Origin: Octopus vulgaris
Lineage: Eukaryota
Assembly: GCA_951406725.2 (NCBI GenBank)
Contig: OX597814.1
Span: 42,470,001-42,534,000, forward strand
Length of the DNA: 64,000 nt
Reading direction: 5' to 3'
The position numbers were made by a program, and so were the translations under genes. The stretch's first letter is position 1, and the number at the start of each line of letters is the position of its first letter. The notes below the pieces were generated by a model, which saw only the letters and a list, made by a program, of their open reading frames with translations, did no database searches and was not told the origin of the DNA. Of the stretch, positions 26,206-40,289 are shown one piece after another.

Positions 26206-28633
26206 GCACAACAGCTCCCACAAGGACATGTGTTACATCAAAAATTCTTGGTTGGGGATGCAAATCCTCCCATTCTCGTACGACATAATGCGGCAGCAGC
26301 ATAGAATTGGAGCGTCCATCTCTTTCTTCTCTCAATGTAGGATGAGGAAAAATGGATGTTGAAGTAATGTAAATAAATAAATACATGTATATACGTGAAG
26401 ATGGAGGGGCGAGAATTCAGGACGAGGGATAAAAAATGTATAAAAAGTGTAAGTATAGAAAAATATAAAAATGTAGAGCATAAAGATATAAAGAGATATA
26501 AGGAGATGTAAAGGGGGTATAAAGAATATAAAGAAATATAAAGAAATATAAATAAATGTAAAGGCATAAGGTTATAAAGTAAAAATAGAAATAGAAATAA
26601 AAATAAAAGTAAAAAAACATGATAAACATGTAACAAAATATTAAAAAATATAAAGATAAGGGATGTATAGAGGTTAAGGACCAGGCATGGTGGTTAGGAG
26701 ATTGATAAAATTTAGTTGTAGAATTGTCAGTAAATCAACAGTTTCGTCTGGGGACCTAATGCGTTGTAAATCAGAGCTGTTGAGCGTTTAATCTGGTTCC
26801 TTGAATTATTTGGACTTCTAGTACATACATACCAACATGGATACATACACCCATATACACGCGTACATATACGCCTCCAAGCCTATAAGCATACACACGC
26901 ACTCGCGTGTAAACATGCATATAAATACACACACACCCACACGCACGTGCGTACACATACAAACATACAACAGAATATCCGCATGTATACACGGACACTA
27001 TACGTGTACACACTCACATGTACATACGCGCGCCCATCCCCACATACACACACGCATATGCCCACGCCTCCAGGTCTAGATATAAGATATTAAAGGATGT
27101 ATATGCACGCACACACGGCTGTGTGTACGTATGTGCATGCACACATACACCTACACACACACACACAGACATATGGGTATAGCTATAAGATATCAAAATA
27201 TGCATGTACATATATGCGCGCGTTCATGTATGTATGCGTATACATACGTACACGGACGCTCGCACAGTCAAAAGTGGATCTATAGGTAAGTAAATAAACA
27301 TATATAGAGATGTAAAGCGATAAGTTAGGGGTAAGAATGAGGGTAAGGGTAAAAATTAGAAATAAAAGTAAGAAATACAGTATAAAATAAGAAATACAAT
27401 GTAATAGTTAGAAATGAAATATAAAAATTATAAAAATTATAAGAGTTAAGGTAAGGGATGAAAATGAAAATGAGAATAAATGGAAGTAGAATAAGAGTAA
27501 AAATAAAAATAAACTAAAATAAGATAAAAATATAATTTAACATGAGATGAAGGTGGTTGAAAGTTAGAGGTGTGTGTTAAAAGTGCCCACGTAGGGGCGG
27601 GCGGGGTTTACTGAAAATTGGAAGGGTGGGAAGTGGAGTTTGGCGGTGTGCGTTCAACATCCGAGTTAGAAATGTGAAAGGGTATAGATATAGGGAAGTA
27701 AAGAGACTACATAGGAAGGATATGGGTGTAGGAGAAGAAATATTTAGGGAAAAAAAGTCATGTATGGGAGACAAAATTTGTATATATAGGAGGAATATGC
27801 AGGGAAACATATATGCACATACACACACCCACACACACACACGCACATATATATATATATGCGCACACATACGTACACATATGTGCACATACATATACAT
27901 ACACACACACATACGCATATACACGCACATATAGGAAAGCGGGATGTGCTGGAGGCGACAGGTTGCACCGGGTGGGAGGGAATTGCATGGGGGAGTTGGT
28001 ATATATATATATATATACACGTATGTAAGTATGTATGTCTATATACATGTATGCATGTATTCAGATAGATAGATAGATAGATATTCTTTATTTCTAACAA
28101 ATGTAGTGGTAGCACTAAATGAAAATACCCTTCTGTGTATTCTACTTGACAACGGAAATAAAGTTTGAAAAGTTAAATTTGCTGCAGTATTCGACCGGTG
28201 ATAATTTTTTATAAACACTTGGGCTCTAGAAACACAGAATATATTCGTACATTGGTTGTAGACGATAATCGTCCAGTAGTCGGTGAGAATACTAGATTCT
28301 TATTTCTGCCTTCTGTTCTTTGTCTTTTTTTTTTGGCAACATGTACTTATTTACAGGTGCTTAGAAAGAGGAGAAACTTCGATGCTAATATAGGGCAATA
28401 GTGAAAAGTTTGGAGGTAAAACAATAGAAAGAAGAGTTACTTCCCTTTTGTTGGCATACTTAATTCCAAATGAAATAATTTTAGTAACTATAAAATATAG
28501 GGCGCCTTTCTTTGTCGAACAGAGGGCAGCCCACGCCTCTCTTTATAAAGCAGGCAGTCTCACAATATTCGGCTTCATCTCTGCTGATTTATATTACACC
28601 AGCTACGTTAAGTCTGAGTCGGACATCATTTAA

Positions 28634-29328
28634 AGGCGATCTTTCGTTTGTAGTAGCACGTTTCCGTCGATGATTTCCGTAAAAAACATTTGAAGTAATG
28701 AGAGCGAAAGAGACTAAGAGGAAGCGATTTTATGACGAGGGAATTTCTTTTGAAGTTACCGAAGCATTGATGTACATGTGTGTGTGTGTGGCGCGCGTGT
28801 GTGTGTGTGTTTGGTGGGGTGTGGGAGACAGACAGTATGTTGTGCAAGTGAAGTGCTTCTGTTAGTGTCTGTGAAGAGACAGAGTAATGTGTGAAAGAGA
28901 TAACTGAAATTTTTTACTCGGTGTATGTGTATATGCATGTATGCATGTATGTGTGTGTGTATGTATCTATGTATGTGTGTGTGTATGTATGTGTGTATGT
29001 ATCTATGTATGTGTGTGTGTATGTATGTATGTATGGCCGATTCAGTGTAATTTTTTACTCGGTGTATGTGTATATGTATGTCTGAATGTAGGTGTGTAAG
29101 TATGTGTGTGTATGTATGTATGGCCGATTCAGTGTAATTTTTTACTCGGTGTATGTGTATATGTGCTTCGGTAGCTTCAAAAGAAATTCCCTCGTCATAA
29201 AATCGCTTCCTCTTAGTCTCTTTCGCTCTCATTACTTCAAATGTTCCCGCAAGCCCATATGTAAAAAAATAAAAGTTTTTTACGGAAATCATCGACGGAA
29301 ACGTCCTACTACAAACGAAAGATTGCCT
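28634..29328. mobile_element. MITE/foldback element with ~135-bp TIRs (possibly Kolobok-like)
   Basis: 28634-28768 is inverted at about 29163-29328, with a ~30-bp insertion in the right arm. TTAA context at both ends with AGG...CC(T) termini. Interior is TG-rich with three TTTTTACTCGGTGTATGTGTATATG units. Confidence 0.75.
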
Positions 29329-29335
29329 TAAAGGC

Positions 29336-32300
29336 ATTATTATATTTTTTCTTCTTTCACATTTGCTTCTATTTCTTGCCGAGTGTCTACCCGACTCCTA
29401 GGGCAAAGAAACTCATAGTATACATTGGTAGGCCATTAAACTAAACTCACTAGTTAGTTCATTCTTTTTTTTATAGAAATAAAGTTAAATTAAAATATAT
29501 GGCTAGTAATAGTTCTCACATCGATAATGATCTTCTCAATACGTGTGATGTACCAGTTAAGACAATCTTTTGCACTTCTTGCAGGGATGGTAAGCCAGGG
29601 ATCATTCTCATATAATTTTCGGTTCCCTTCTTGATCATTCCTAGTGCTCCTACGATCACTGGTATTGTAACCGCCTTGAAATGCCACATTTTTTCAATTT
29701 CAATCAGCAGGTCTTTATATTTTCTAAGCTTGTCAAACTCTTTCGCCGAGATATTATGATCACAGGGGATGCTCATGTCGATCAATAAGCAAACTTTATT
29801 GTTTTGGTCTGTCACAACAATATCCGGTTTATTGGCCTTGATGGTTCGGTCTGTATGTACTGGAAAGTCCCACAGAATCGTTACATTTTCTCCTTCAGTT
29901 ACAGCTTCATGGTGGTGATTATACAACTTGTCGGCAGTTTTGATATTGTAATGCCGACTTATTAGCCAGTGTAGATATTGGCCAACTCTGTCATGTCTTA
30001 ATTTATACTCCACTGGTGCTAAGACTTTACATCCAGAGATTAGGTGGTCCACTGTTTCAATCATGTCGTTGCAGAATCGGCATTTTGGGTCTGCTCCATT
30101 TTTCATCACATTGGCCTGGTAGTTCCGGGTTAATAGACTTTGATCTTAAGCAGCCAGGATGAAACCTTCGCTCTCTGCTTTTAGCCCTGAGCTCCGTAGC
30201 CACTATGGGTTTGCTTCTGGTCAAAATCAGCTTGTTTGCTACGGGCCACATATTTGCCGTGCAGAGGTTTCTCCTCCCATCTATCAGCCAATTGCTTGTG
30301 CGCTGTTTTCGTTGCCATTATTTTCACCTTCTTTGCAACAATAGCTGCCGTACTTCCCTCGGGTTGTTCAGTTTGGATATCCTGCACGAGATCAATAGCA
30401 AATTCTGGAAAGTGGTCTTGGCACACTTCTCAAGCCCAAACTCCATCTCGATGTCATCGCTGAATGCTTTCACAGTGTGCAATATGCCTTCAAGTTCATT
30501 ATCGTCTTTACCATAGAGTTTTAAGTCACCCATATAAAACAGATGGCTTTTTTTTTATTGGCAATTTTATACCCATACCCTGTTCTGTTTAATTCACTTG
30601 GAAGAGGTATTAGGGCTATGCAAAATATTAGAGGTGAAAGTGAGTCACCTTGAAAAATCCCACAGCTGATGTTTGTATTCTCTGAGGCAAGTACTCCATT
30701 AGAGTGGTATAGTTGGAGATTCGTATTCCACAACGACATATTGTGTTTCAGGAAGCTTGAAATCACAGTGGAAACTTTGAAGATATCCAGCGATCTCAAG
30801 ATCCATGGATGCGGTATAATGTCGAAGGCCTTTTTATAGTCAATCCATGTGGAGCTGAGATTTCTGCGCTTGTTGTGACAGTTTTCAAGGATCATACAAT
30901 TAATTAGCAGTTTATCTTTGCATCCGTATGGGCCTCGGCGGTACCCTTTTTGTTCAATGGGGAAAATATCGTTCTTCTCCATGAATATATATTTTTTCTC
31001 CGCCAGGATAGATGTTAGGATTTTATACGTGGTGGATAGACAGGTTATAGGCCGATAGTTTTTTGGAATGTTAGTTTCGTTATTCTTTGGGAGTAGGTAA
31101 GTAATACCACTTGCTAACCATTCAGGTGTTTTCTTTGGGTCTCTCATAATTCCATTGAGCAGCTGAACTAGCTTACTGTGTGCGTATGGGAGCGATGCGA
31201 GCCAGAAATTCGGCACACTATCTTTACCAGGGGATTTCCAAATATGGGCCTTCGTGAGTGCCTTTCTTAGGTCTGCTATTGTGATGTATTCTCATGCTTG
31301 TTGTTGTAAATTTTGGTAGGATCCTTCCGTTTGTATAATCCAGTCTGTATTTATGTTGTACGTCTTCTTGTCAATCCAAATCCTTTTCCAAAAGTTTTGA
31401 ACTTCTTCCATGAGAAGGGGGTCTTTAACGGTTACTTTCTCCTTCCCTATTTCTCTGTAGAATTTTTTGGCATTGGACGTGAACAGCTTATTTTGCTTGT
31501 AAAACTTGTTTCTCTTCTCAAGTTTTCGTATTCTTTGGGCTTTTGCTTGGACTTTGTGTTTCAGCGTTTCTTTTATTGATATCAGTTCTTCTCTTGGTGA
31601 GGATCCAAAGTTTCTCTTCATCTTTCTTCCTGTTCTGGATCTTACATCATTTCCACTTATTAGTTCATTTAATACTGATATTTACCCTCTCATAAATTCA
31701 ATCTCTTTTTCAATTTTACTTCTCCAGGTTTGATTTCTTCCCAGGTTTTGTTTTCTTTGTTTTTTCGGGGGCATACAGCTGGTTTCAATTGCACTAGCAG
31801 AAGCGTAACTAATTTAATTTAACTCAGTAAAATCAGGTTTTAATTCTTGTATTATTTCATTTGTTACATAGTTGCCAATTTTGATTTGTTTTTTATTTTG
31901 GTTTGTATTTGAGAGTTTATGAAGTGGTTCTCTATCATTCATACTTGTATGTCTTATACCTTCAAGCGTATTCAGGATTTTCTGCCTCATTTCTGCCATA
32001 GACTCTCTGTGTTCTTCAGCAAATGCGAGATCTTCAGTTACTTTTGTTTTATCATTTTCCTGGCTCTCTTTAACAGGTTCAATAGAATTTCTTGTATCTT
32101 CAGGCCTTTGCGTACTTTGGTCAGATGGCAGTCTTTCAATTAAGCCTCGTGGCGGGCTATTCTGTTTATCTGATTCTTCATTTCTTTTGTGTCTTATATT
32201 TATGTTATTTGCTGTTGCGTGCTTGATCGCGCTTATTTCACTGTCTGTGAGTCTGTTATTTCTAAGGATATCCCTCCTCACATTTGCTAACTTCTTCTCG

Positions 32301-32780
32301 TCCAAATAGGGCCTACTGTCTTGATTCCATGTTCTCCATATACTGTAAGAGTTTGCGGTGTGTCTCTCTTGAGGTGGCCTACCTAAAGCATAGTAATAAG
32401 CGTATATTACTTCTTTATACTCTTCTCGGGTCCATTTGTTCCGCTTACATTTTTCTTTCTGTGGTGATTGTGGTGGTGAACTTGGAGGGCTCGAGTTGGG
32501 GAATTTCCCGTTCAAGTGACCATCCATGTCCGTATTCGGAGAAGAGTTTGTGCCAGTTGATGACTTTTCAATCCCAGGCTGGCTCTTCCCTGGGGGACGC
32601 GCTTCCAGATTAACCATAGGACAATCGATTTGGTATACTGATTTAGTCTTCCTTTTAGTTTCCAAAAACATTTTGGTGCTACGTTAATGTTATCATTTTT
32701 GAGCTTTGAGAGGCTCGTGGGGAGACCGCCATCATTGCCGTTACAATTATAATCGTACCATTATAGCAGCCGTAGGCGGC
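29336..32780 (-). mobile_element. Decayed non-LTR retrotransposon with restriction-like endonuclease (R4/Dong/NeSL type)
   Basis: Frameshifted RT motifs (KNYRPITCL, WIDYKKAFD, GIFQGDSLSPL, YMGDLKLY, FGLEKCA), CCHC knuckle CRFCNDMIETVDHLISGC, RLE motif KPDIVV...LIDMSIP...KYKDL. The 3' UTR ends in TAA repeats and the 5' end abuts a TAA/TGA-rich tract. Confidence 0.92.
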
Positions 32781-32914
32781 TTATTGTTATTATCATCACC
32801 ATTATTATCACTATTATTATTATCACTACTATTACTATCATTATTATCATCATCACCATCATCACCATCATCATCATCAATGATAGTGTTTTATGTGTAG
32901 TCACAGCAGTATCT

Positions 32915-32919
32915 TATTA

Positions 32920-32993
<74 letters not shown>

Positions 32994-32996
32994 TAT
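32915..32996. repeat. (TTA)n microsatellite
   Basis: Visible trinucleotide array. Confidence 0.95.
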
Positions 32997-33178
32997 TCCT
33001 ATTGTGTTATATACAATAAAAGATTTTGGATACTTTGTAAGAGATTTGTTTACTAATGTATTTTTAGGGTTTTTTCTTATATATTACACAACTTTTTAAT
33101 GCTATATGATGCACTCTGAATAATATTTATATTTCTTTTGTTTTACAGAAAGTGCCTGTCACTAAGGTTGTTAATCGG

Positions 33179-34401
33179 ATGCGTGTTCCCATGACGACGA
33201 AGGCTTTTGAAGTGCTATTATGGCTACAAACTGGCCTCGTTCTAGCCGTGGCAGTTGTGCTGCGGGTGACGTCGGCCGAATGCAAATTCCCCAGTTTTAT
33301 GCACACGGAGCAGAATGCTTGGGTACGAGGTTACGAAAAAGGTGACCGATTTGTGGCGTACTTTCAAGATGGTATTATGAAAGCTAGTAGTTGTCGTGAT
33401 CGACAATGTACACGATACGAAAGAAAATGTATAGAAGAGTTCCCTAACGGTAAATATATAGCATCTCACATAGAAATTGCTCATACGACCAGTTATGTTT
33501 GTATGGAATTCTTGCGTCGAGGTGAAATCATTGTTCAGCTAAAACAATCAGAAATATCTAAAACGAATTATCCAGATCTTTGTAATACGTTAATGTTAGA
33601 TATGTGGCCATTAGTACTGCTAGAAAAACTACTTGAGCACAAAGTTAGCTGCCCATTCTCAGGGGGTTACAATTTACAAATGTTTGATAGCAGTGGGTCT
33701 GCGCTATGCCGTGAAGAAATAGTTCCTATTAGGCTAGAAAGTGAATGTGAATCTGGAGAAGGTATGATGATTCATTTTAGAACGAAGGCTTGTATACACA
33801 AAGATTTAAATATGGAAGTAAAACAGAAATTATATTGTCTTGCACATTGGAATGAAGGCCCGTTCAGATTCATCATTCTTCGAGAAAAAAATCGACGCGA
33901 CCATATCTGGTCTCTACGTGTAAAAGAACCTGTTAATGAAATCAAAACCGCAGCTTTATTCATGGTGCCTGTCTGTGACACTGGGGAAGAAATTACTCAA
34001 ACGAAAATGTATCTGGAATTGAAACTTGATAAGTACGTGGTGTCAACAACCTGCGCCGACGAGTTCAAAGATTGCGCACAATACGTGCAGTTTTGTGATT
34101 CAGGGTATCGCCAACATTGCTCAAATTCATGTCGAGACTGTCGTCAAGACGTAATTAAATTATGTCCGTTTTCTGAGCGCTTGCGTAGCACTTGGGTGCA
34201 AAGCATGAAAAAAAATAAGCAACTCTCCATAAATATCACACATTACCAAATCTCTATTCAAACTCTTGGGATGTTTCACTGTCTGGTTGCCAAAGGTAAA
34301 AGTACACCAGATAGTGATGTTCTTTTACAATTGTTCCAGAATGGATGTTACCCAAGATACACATGTCTTCAAATTGAGAAAACAGCACCGTCAGTTATAA
34401 G
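33179..34401 (+). CDS. First coding exon of a secreted/cell-surface Cys-rich protein with an ShKT domain
   Basis: Acceptor TTTCTTTTGTTTTACAG ends at 33148. ATG at 33179 (or 33191), signal peptide ...LVLAVAVVLRVTSA/ECKFP, ~407 open codons of complex sequence. ShKT pattern at 34052-34141. Donor AG|GTAAAT at 34402, phase 2. Confidence 0.9.
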
Positions 34402-36383
34402 GTAAATATTCATTTTTGTTTCACTCATTAACATAAATGTCTACTATGAATATTACACATTTAATTTAAATATTTGTCCTAAACCTAATAAATACTCCTA
34501 ATAAGAAAATAGCAAAATAACAGCAATAATAAAATATAATTACTGTAATTGATCTCATTTTGATAACTTACATACGAATTTCGAAATATTAATGACGACA
34601 CCCACAAATTTCGTGGCAACCTTAGCTTCAGTACTGGAATGGGTCTCATTTGATCATCTTCAGAAAACAGAAAACAAATTAAGCATGTATACTTATCGAT
34701 AATAATAATAATAATTAGAACTACCCGTGAGGATCCAACGGTTATTTTGAAAATTGTATGATGAAATTGTATATTTTTCTGAAAGATTTGATTGTTATGC
34801 TGATGTGAAAATCCACATAAACAGTACTGAAGGGAAAAACCAATCAACCAATTAATCAATCAATCAATCCATCAGTCAATCAATCAATCAGGCAATAAGT
34901 CTGTTTGCCACCCCATCACTCTATTTGTCTGTCTATCTACCTACATATCTATTATTCTATCTACCTACGTACCCGTCTACCTACCTAACTATCTGCCTAC
35001 CAACTTACCTGCCTCATAGCCTATCTACCTACCTACTTGCCTACTTACCTCCCTACCTATATACCTTCCTACCTAGCCACATACATACATACATGCAAAA
35101 CTACATACTAATCTATATATCCGTCTGTCTATATATCTATCTACCTATCATCCTAGCTACCTATCTCTTTGTATCAAATATTATAGACCTTCTCCCTTTC
35201 TTTCACGATTTCCGTTTCTGTTCCCATTTCTTTCTTTGTTTCCCTTTCTCCACTTCCTCTCATTTTCGTTATATATACATCTCTTCATTCGAATCATAAC
35301 TTCCCTTAGTGACGTAAGTGAAATACACGTAAAATAACAGGCAAGAACAAGCATGTTCTTTATGTTGTCATAAATTCTTCTCTTCTTCGTGACGACACGT
35401 AGTATACATAGTTTTACGTGATTTTATGTTACACGATATATCACTCCGGGGTCTAACAACTAGTTTTAATCTCTTCTAGTGTAGGGCCTTTATGCTGTTA
35501 AACAATACTCTTTCTACTTTCGTATTGAAGACACCCTTCGGTATTTTGTAGAAATAAAGAGGCTTTCTGCACAATATCTAACCTCAGCAATTTAAGATCA
35601 ATCTTCACAAAGTTTAATTTCAGACTGCCTTTCAGTGGGACTTAGGAAGGCTCAATAATAACCGGCAGGTACATGGATTTTCTAATGTCTTGTATCCAGA
35701 ATGTCATACCACAACTTGGTATAATATTCTGCTTCTTGATTTCACTATCAGATGACCATGACACTCAAATTCGACTCAGCAATTTTATCAACATCTTCAC
35801 TGTCCGGATTTTATTTCTATCTAGTTTATATACCAAAGCTCGATAAACTTGCATTAGTGTTTCCAATGGCATGATGTCTTATTCCGTACCGTACAGTAAA
35901 CATAGTACTTTTCTGTGCATGCACAACGAAACATCTTATAGAAAACTTAAAGTATTAGCATACCAAAGCATTTGTACTGATTTGGGTCTAACTGTAGGTC
36001 GTCTGATGCAAGATGAGCTATAATATCATTTCTATTATCGTACGTTCTAAAATACTGTATATCATTCTCTGAATCCAATTTACGTTTCAGTTTTATTTTC
36101 TATGACGTTGTAATAATTTCCTTGATCTCTTCCTTCAAAATTCTTCTCTTTAAACAAACTCATCTAGACATGTGAGACATTATTGCAAGCATTTCTGAAA
36201 ACACTGAATGGAGAAACTTTACTTGGAAGTTTTGCTTCTTTTTCGCTACATCTCTCTATTTATTTTAATTTGATCTCATTAACACTGTAATTATATCAAC
36301 TAATTATCACCTCTTTAAACTAACTAGGAAATATTTTCTCTAGAACTCTAGACTTTATATTAGTAAACCCTTGTCTCTCTCTA

Positions 36384-36424
<41 letters not shown>

Positions 36425-37619
36425 GTCCCTTACTCTCTGCTTTTTCTAGTATAAACGGATTACATTGGATTAGGGTTGCCTATTCCCATTGAGTGTAAAT
36501 ATTCTTATCCTAGGTTTTATATTTTTATTCTTAAATTCCTCATTTTGCTTCTCACTGTTTCCTCTTCACTATTTTACAAGTGGGTATACATCGCTTGTAA
36601 ACTACTGGCAAATCCATTTGCATTTTAAACGAAGGTTGTATAAAGTGAGAGTTTGCCAAGGGCTTCTTGTATTTGAACAATTTTGCTTTTATCATCTGCT
36701 AGTAATCCGAGATACACACATTTCAGGATTTAATATTCGAGGCATTATCTAGATCAATTTCAGTAATTATGATGTTTTCATGCTTCTTTTTGTCAAAGAA
36801 ATTTTCTAATGTTCAAATGTCATCCCGATTTCCCTATAGATATTCTTACAGGAAATCTAGTTGATAATTGTACTTTCCATAAAGCTTAAAAATTCTCATG
36901 AAAATGGATTTATTTTTCCTGAGTAAATGTCGTTCATTAGCTTGTTAAGAATAATTGTCAAATTTGTTAGACATAGGCTTATTATACTTCCCGATGTTGA
37001 AATGCAGTTTCTAACAGACGTTGAATTTTCTTCGAGATCTTGAAGATTTTTGGCAAAACGTGATTGATATACCTTCCTTTTATCGATCCTCACACTCAAT
37101 GAATTAGCCGTTCTACTTCTTCCACTTATTCAGACTATCTTATCGATCTTTTATTGGCTTTTCGTTTCTTTCCTCACTTTCAGACACTTTCTTTGTCCAT
37201 CACACATTGAACATATCATATATACATATTTGCATATTTTTTCCACAACGTTCACAGTTAAGAGATTTCACACAAGTTATACACCCGGAACTAGTCGGAG
37301 ATATCAAGCAACGTTTCCTTTTTATTTGTCTTACAATAGCAGGCAACCACATTGTTACATCATACGTTAAAATACACTCATTTAGATTTATCAATATGTT
37401 TCACGGAAATGTGTTATATTCTTTCAGTCAGTAACCATGGAAAAAGTATGATTCAGTTCCATTTCTTATTACTACCTATCTTATACCGCTTCCATATATT
37501 TGCTTTCATAATGGTAAAAGCCATCTGCGTCTCAACATATTCAGCGAAATTTTCTATTTCTTTTACCAACTATGTTTTATCAGCGCACTTGGCATGCCTT
37601 CCTCAACTACATCAATGCA

Positions 37620-40189
37620 TCTAGAGTGTAGAGTATTTTTAAGGTTTCCATATTTTGTTTTTCAGGTTGGGTGGTATTGAACCCAATTCTCCGATAACAA
37701 TAGTGTCAATCTTTATATTTGACTCCTGTAGCTGCCACATCTTGGTGATCTCAATTCTCATGTCTCCATATTTATCCATTTTTTTCTTTTTCATGATGAT
37801 ATGTTGATCTCCTGACACCACCACGTTGATTATTAGGCAATCTTTTAATCTGTCCTAAAGGTCACTATGTCTGCTCTTCGATGCTCTAACACCTTGTCTG
37901 TCTGGAAGTCAAGTCACAGACGACATTTGTCTTCCCCTTTTCGTCCATTACTTTTTCTGGTGCATGTTAGTACTATGCACATATTACCTCGTATCCATAC
38001 TTCGGGCATAGTTGCCAGTGGAGGCTTTGGGCTACATTGTCGTGTCGGCGCCTGTAGTCTTTCTGCGCAAGGGTATCACAAGCACTAAAAATGTGAATAT
38101 CGCTTTCGACTCGTTGGCTATTCGTGATCGGAAAGTATTAACACTCACAACTAAATTTTTAGTAAATCATTCTACATTAACAGCATACTTGCTATTTACC
38201 AAATATACTGCCATGTTTCTTCTTTCACTGTTGATACACTCCCGTACGCTAATCAGCGAGGCCTAACTTTACACCTCTTCATGAAGAGCATGTGTACGAC
38301 TGGCTTTGGGTTGATGGCGCCATGCAATGTCAATGTCTTTCATGATGTGCGATCGAATCACTCAACCTCAGCTATTGTCTATTTCATGATGTGTGGACTA
38401 TAGTGACCTACAGCAACAGACCATAAGTTGATGGCATCACAGGGTTCCTTGAGTTGAGTTTTGATTTCAAGAGAAGTTTGAAGCGCTTCCAATATGCGAT
38501 GATGACACTGAGAAAGTGCTAAGTGCTGGTTGTTACAGAAAAGAAGTGTTTTCCAAATAGAAATGCTGTTCTAAATTTGTGCCGTTCTCAGTTACTCCAA
38601 ACATGTCGAGTGTTTCCAAAATCCACAAATGCACAACAGGTCGTAAGCCCTTTTAAAGTCTATCCTGGCCATGCACAAGATTTTTGGTATCGTTTGCAAT
38701 TCTTCATTACAGCTTTGTCTATCACAAGGTGCTCCTTGATGACCTTTGATCTTTTTCGGCATTATTTTCCACTAGTAACGTATATATTTTCTCTGCAAAG
38801 ATTCTTGTTACTATTTTCCTTAAGAGGTCATGGCCAACAATGGGTCGATAATTCCCAACCTCATTTCCCTTTGACTGATCTTTCATCAACAAGGTTGTCT
38901 TTCTCTATACAATCAACTCCGGAATGGCACCACTCTGTAGGCATTAGTCTAATTCCAAGGCAATTGGCCTTGTGTGATGACCTAAACCACTTGAGCCATT
39001 AGCCTTAAATTCCGTCTGGTGCTGCCAGCTTCCAGTTTGGCAGCTTTGATACCTGTGCAGTTACATCTGTTGTCTTGTGGATCCGCTGGGTGATGGAGTT
39101 CGGATCTCATGGAATGAATCCACTCAGTACATTTCCATGGTTGTAGGAAACATCTTGCCCCCAGATATTATTCCGAAATCTGCGGGTTTCCTGTGCTTCA
39201 GAATGCATACTATCTTCTGTATCTCCTTCTAAGTTCTTAAAAAGAACCACATCTAATTATTTGAGAATAACGTGTTTATCTAGAACTGCAATATGCGACA
39301 AGTGTAGCGTTGCACCTTTAATGTTTTTGCTCGCACACGATCTTTTAGCTTTTCGATAACAGTTTTGAACCCTCTATTCTATCTGGTATTTTGCGTCAAG
39401 ATATGCCCTTTCACCTTTTTAGCATTTTTCCATAGCCCTTTGGATCATTCTTCTATGCAAGGCAAATCTTTACGCATTATTTTAATGTCCGTCAGCTTTC
39501 CTCTATTTCTTTCCAAGCACTTCACCTACTAAAATTGAAGGGGATCTGACCAAGTCCCTTGTTTCAGTTACATCCTTTAGACCATTCTTCTATGCGACTC
39601 AAGTCTTTACGCAAAGTTTTAATATCCTCCTCAGTTCTCCGCTTCCATCATGCCTCATTCTGTCCTCTGATTCCTTCTCTTTCATTCCAACCAGATCACC
39701 TACAGAAACTGAAGCAGATCTGATCAAGTCCCTTGCTTCCGTTAGATCTTTTGTTAGAATGTATTTCAGAATCTCATCAACTTTTTGGGTTACGCATCGA
39801 AGCTTCTCAAACTCATCGGCTTTCTCTCTATTCTTGTAACTATTATATCCTCAAGTTTTATCCAGAGGTTTCTCTAATCCTGAGCCATATCCTCTCGTAA
39901 TTCAGTTTTTTCCACATTATATTGATTGGTCAACCATTCCTCAATTACATCTTCGACTTGCTTACGCATTCGCTGTTCTACACCAACATTATCCTCTTCA
40001 AGGTTATTATCACTACGGAGACTTTTCCTGATTGTCTGAATCTGGGTCTCATTGAAAAAGCTTCTATTCAGTAGTATTCTTATCTGATTCAGTAATTTGG
40101 AACATACCCAACAGCTGTCAGACCTTCTATCTAAAAATGTTCTAATATCTACACAGCCTTGCTTCTTTATCTCATTACGTAAAAAACTA

Positions 40190-40190
<1 letters not shown>
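37620..40190 (-). mobile_element. Older, heavily decayed RLE-type LINE (intronic, antisense to host gene)
   Basis: Fragments DFQTDKVLEHRRADIV, KYGDMRIEITKMWQ...IVIGELGSIP and WKLAAPDGI..WLK, colinear with the 29336-32780 element. Confidence 0.75.
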
Positions 40191-40255
<65 letters not shown>

Positions 40256-40289
40256 CATATATACATATATATATATATTTTGTAAGACT

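Noticed and set aside
26720-26785. TCAACAG/CTGTTGA helix with GAAA and CTGAT on the minus strand
   Set aside because: Core incomplete (CTGATTT) and no helix I; not a hammerhead.
28905-29165. Three ~25-bp direct repeats with spacers (CRISPR-like look)
   Set aside because: Spacers are TG microsatellite inside a MITE, context is eukaryotic, and there are no cas genes.
32690-32780. Possible HDV-like ribozyme at the LINE 5' end (GCCGCC/GGCGGT helix, TCCCCAC loop-like motif)
   Set aside because: Could not assemble the P1-P2-P3-P1.1-P4 order or a J4/2 catalytic C; only a simple hairpin is supported.
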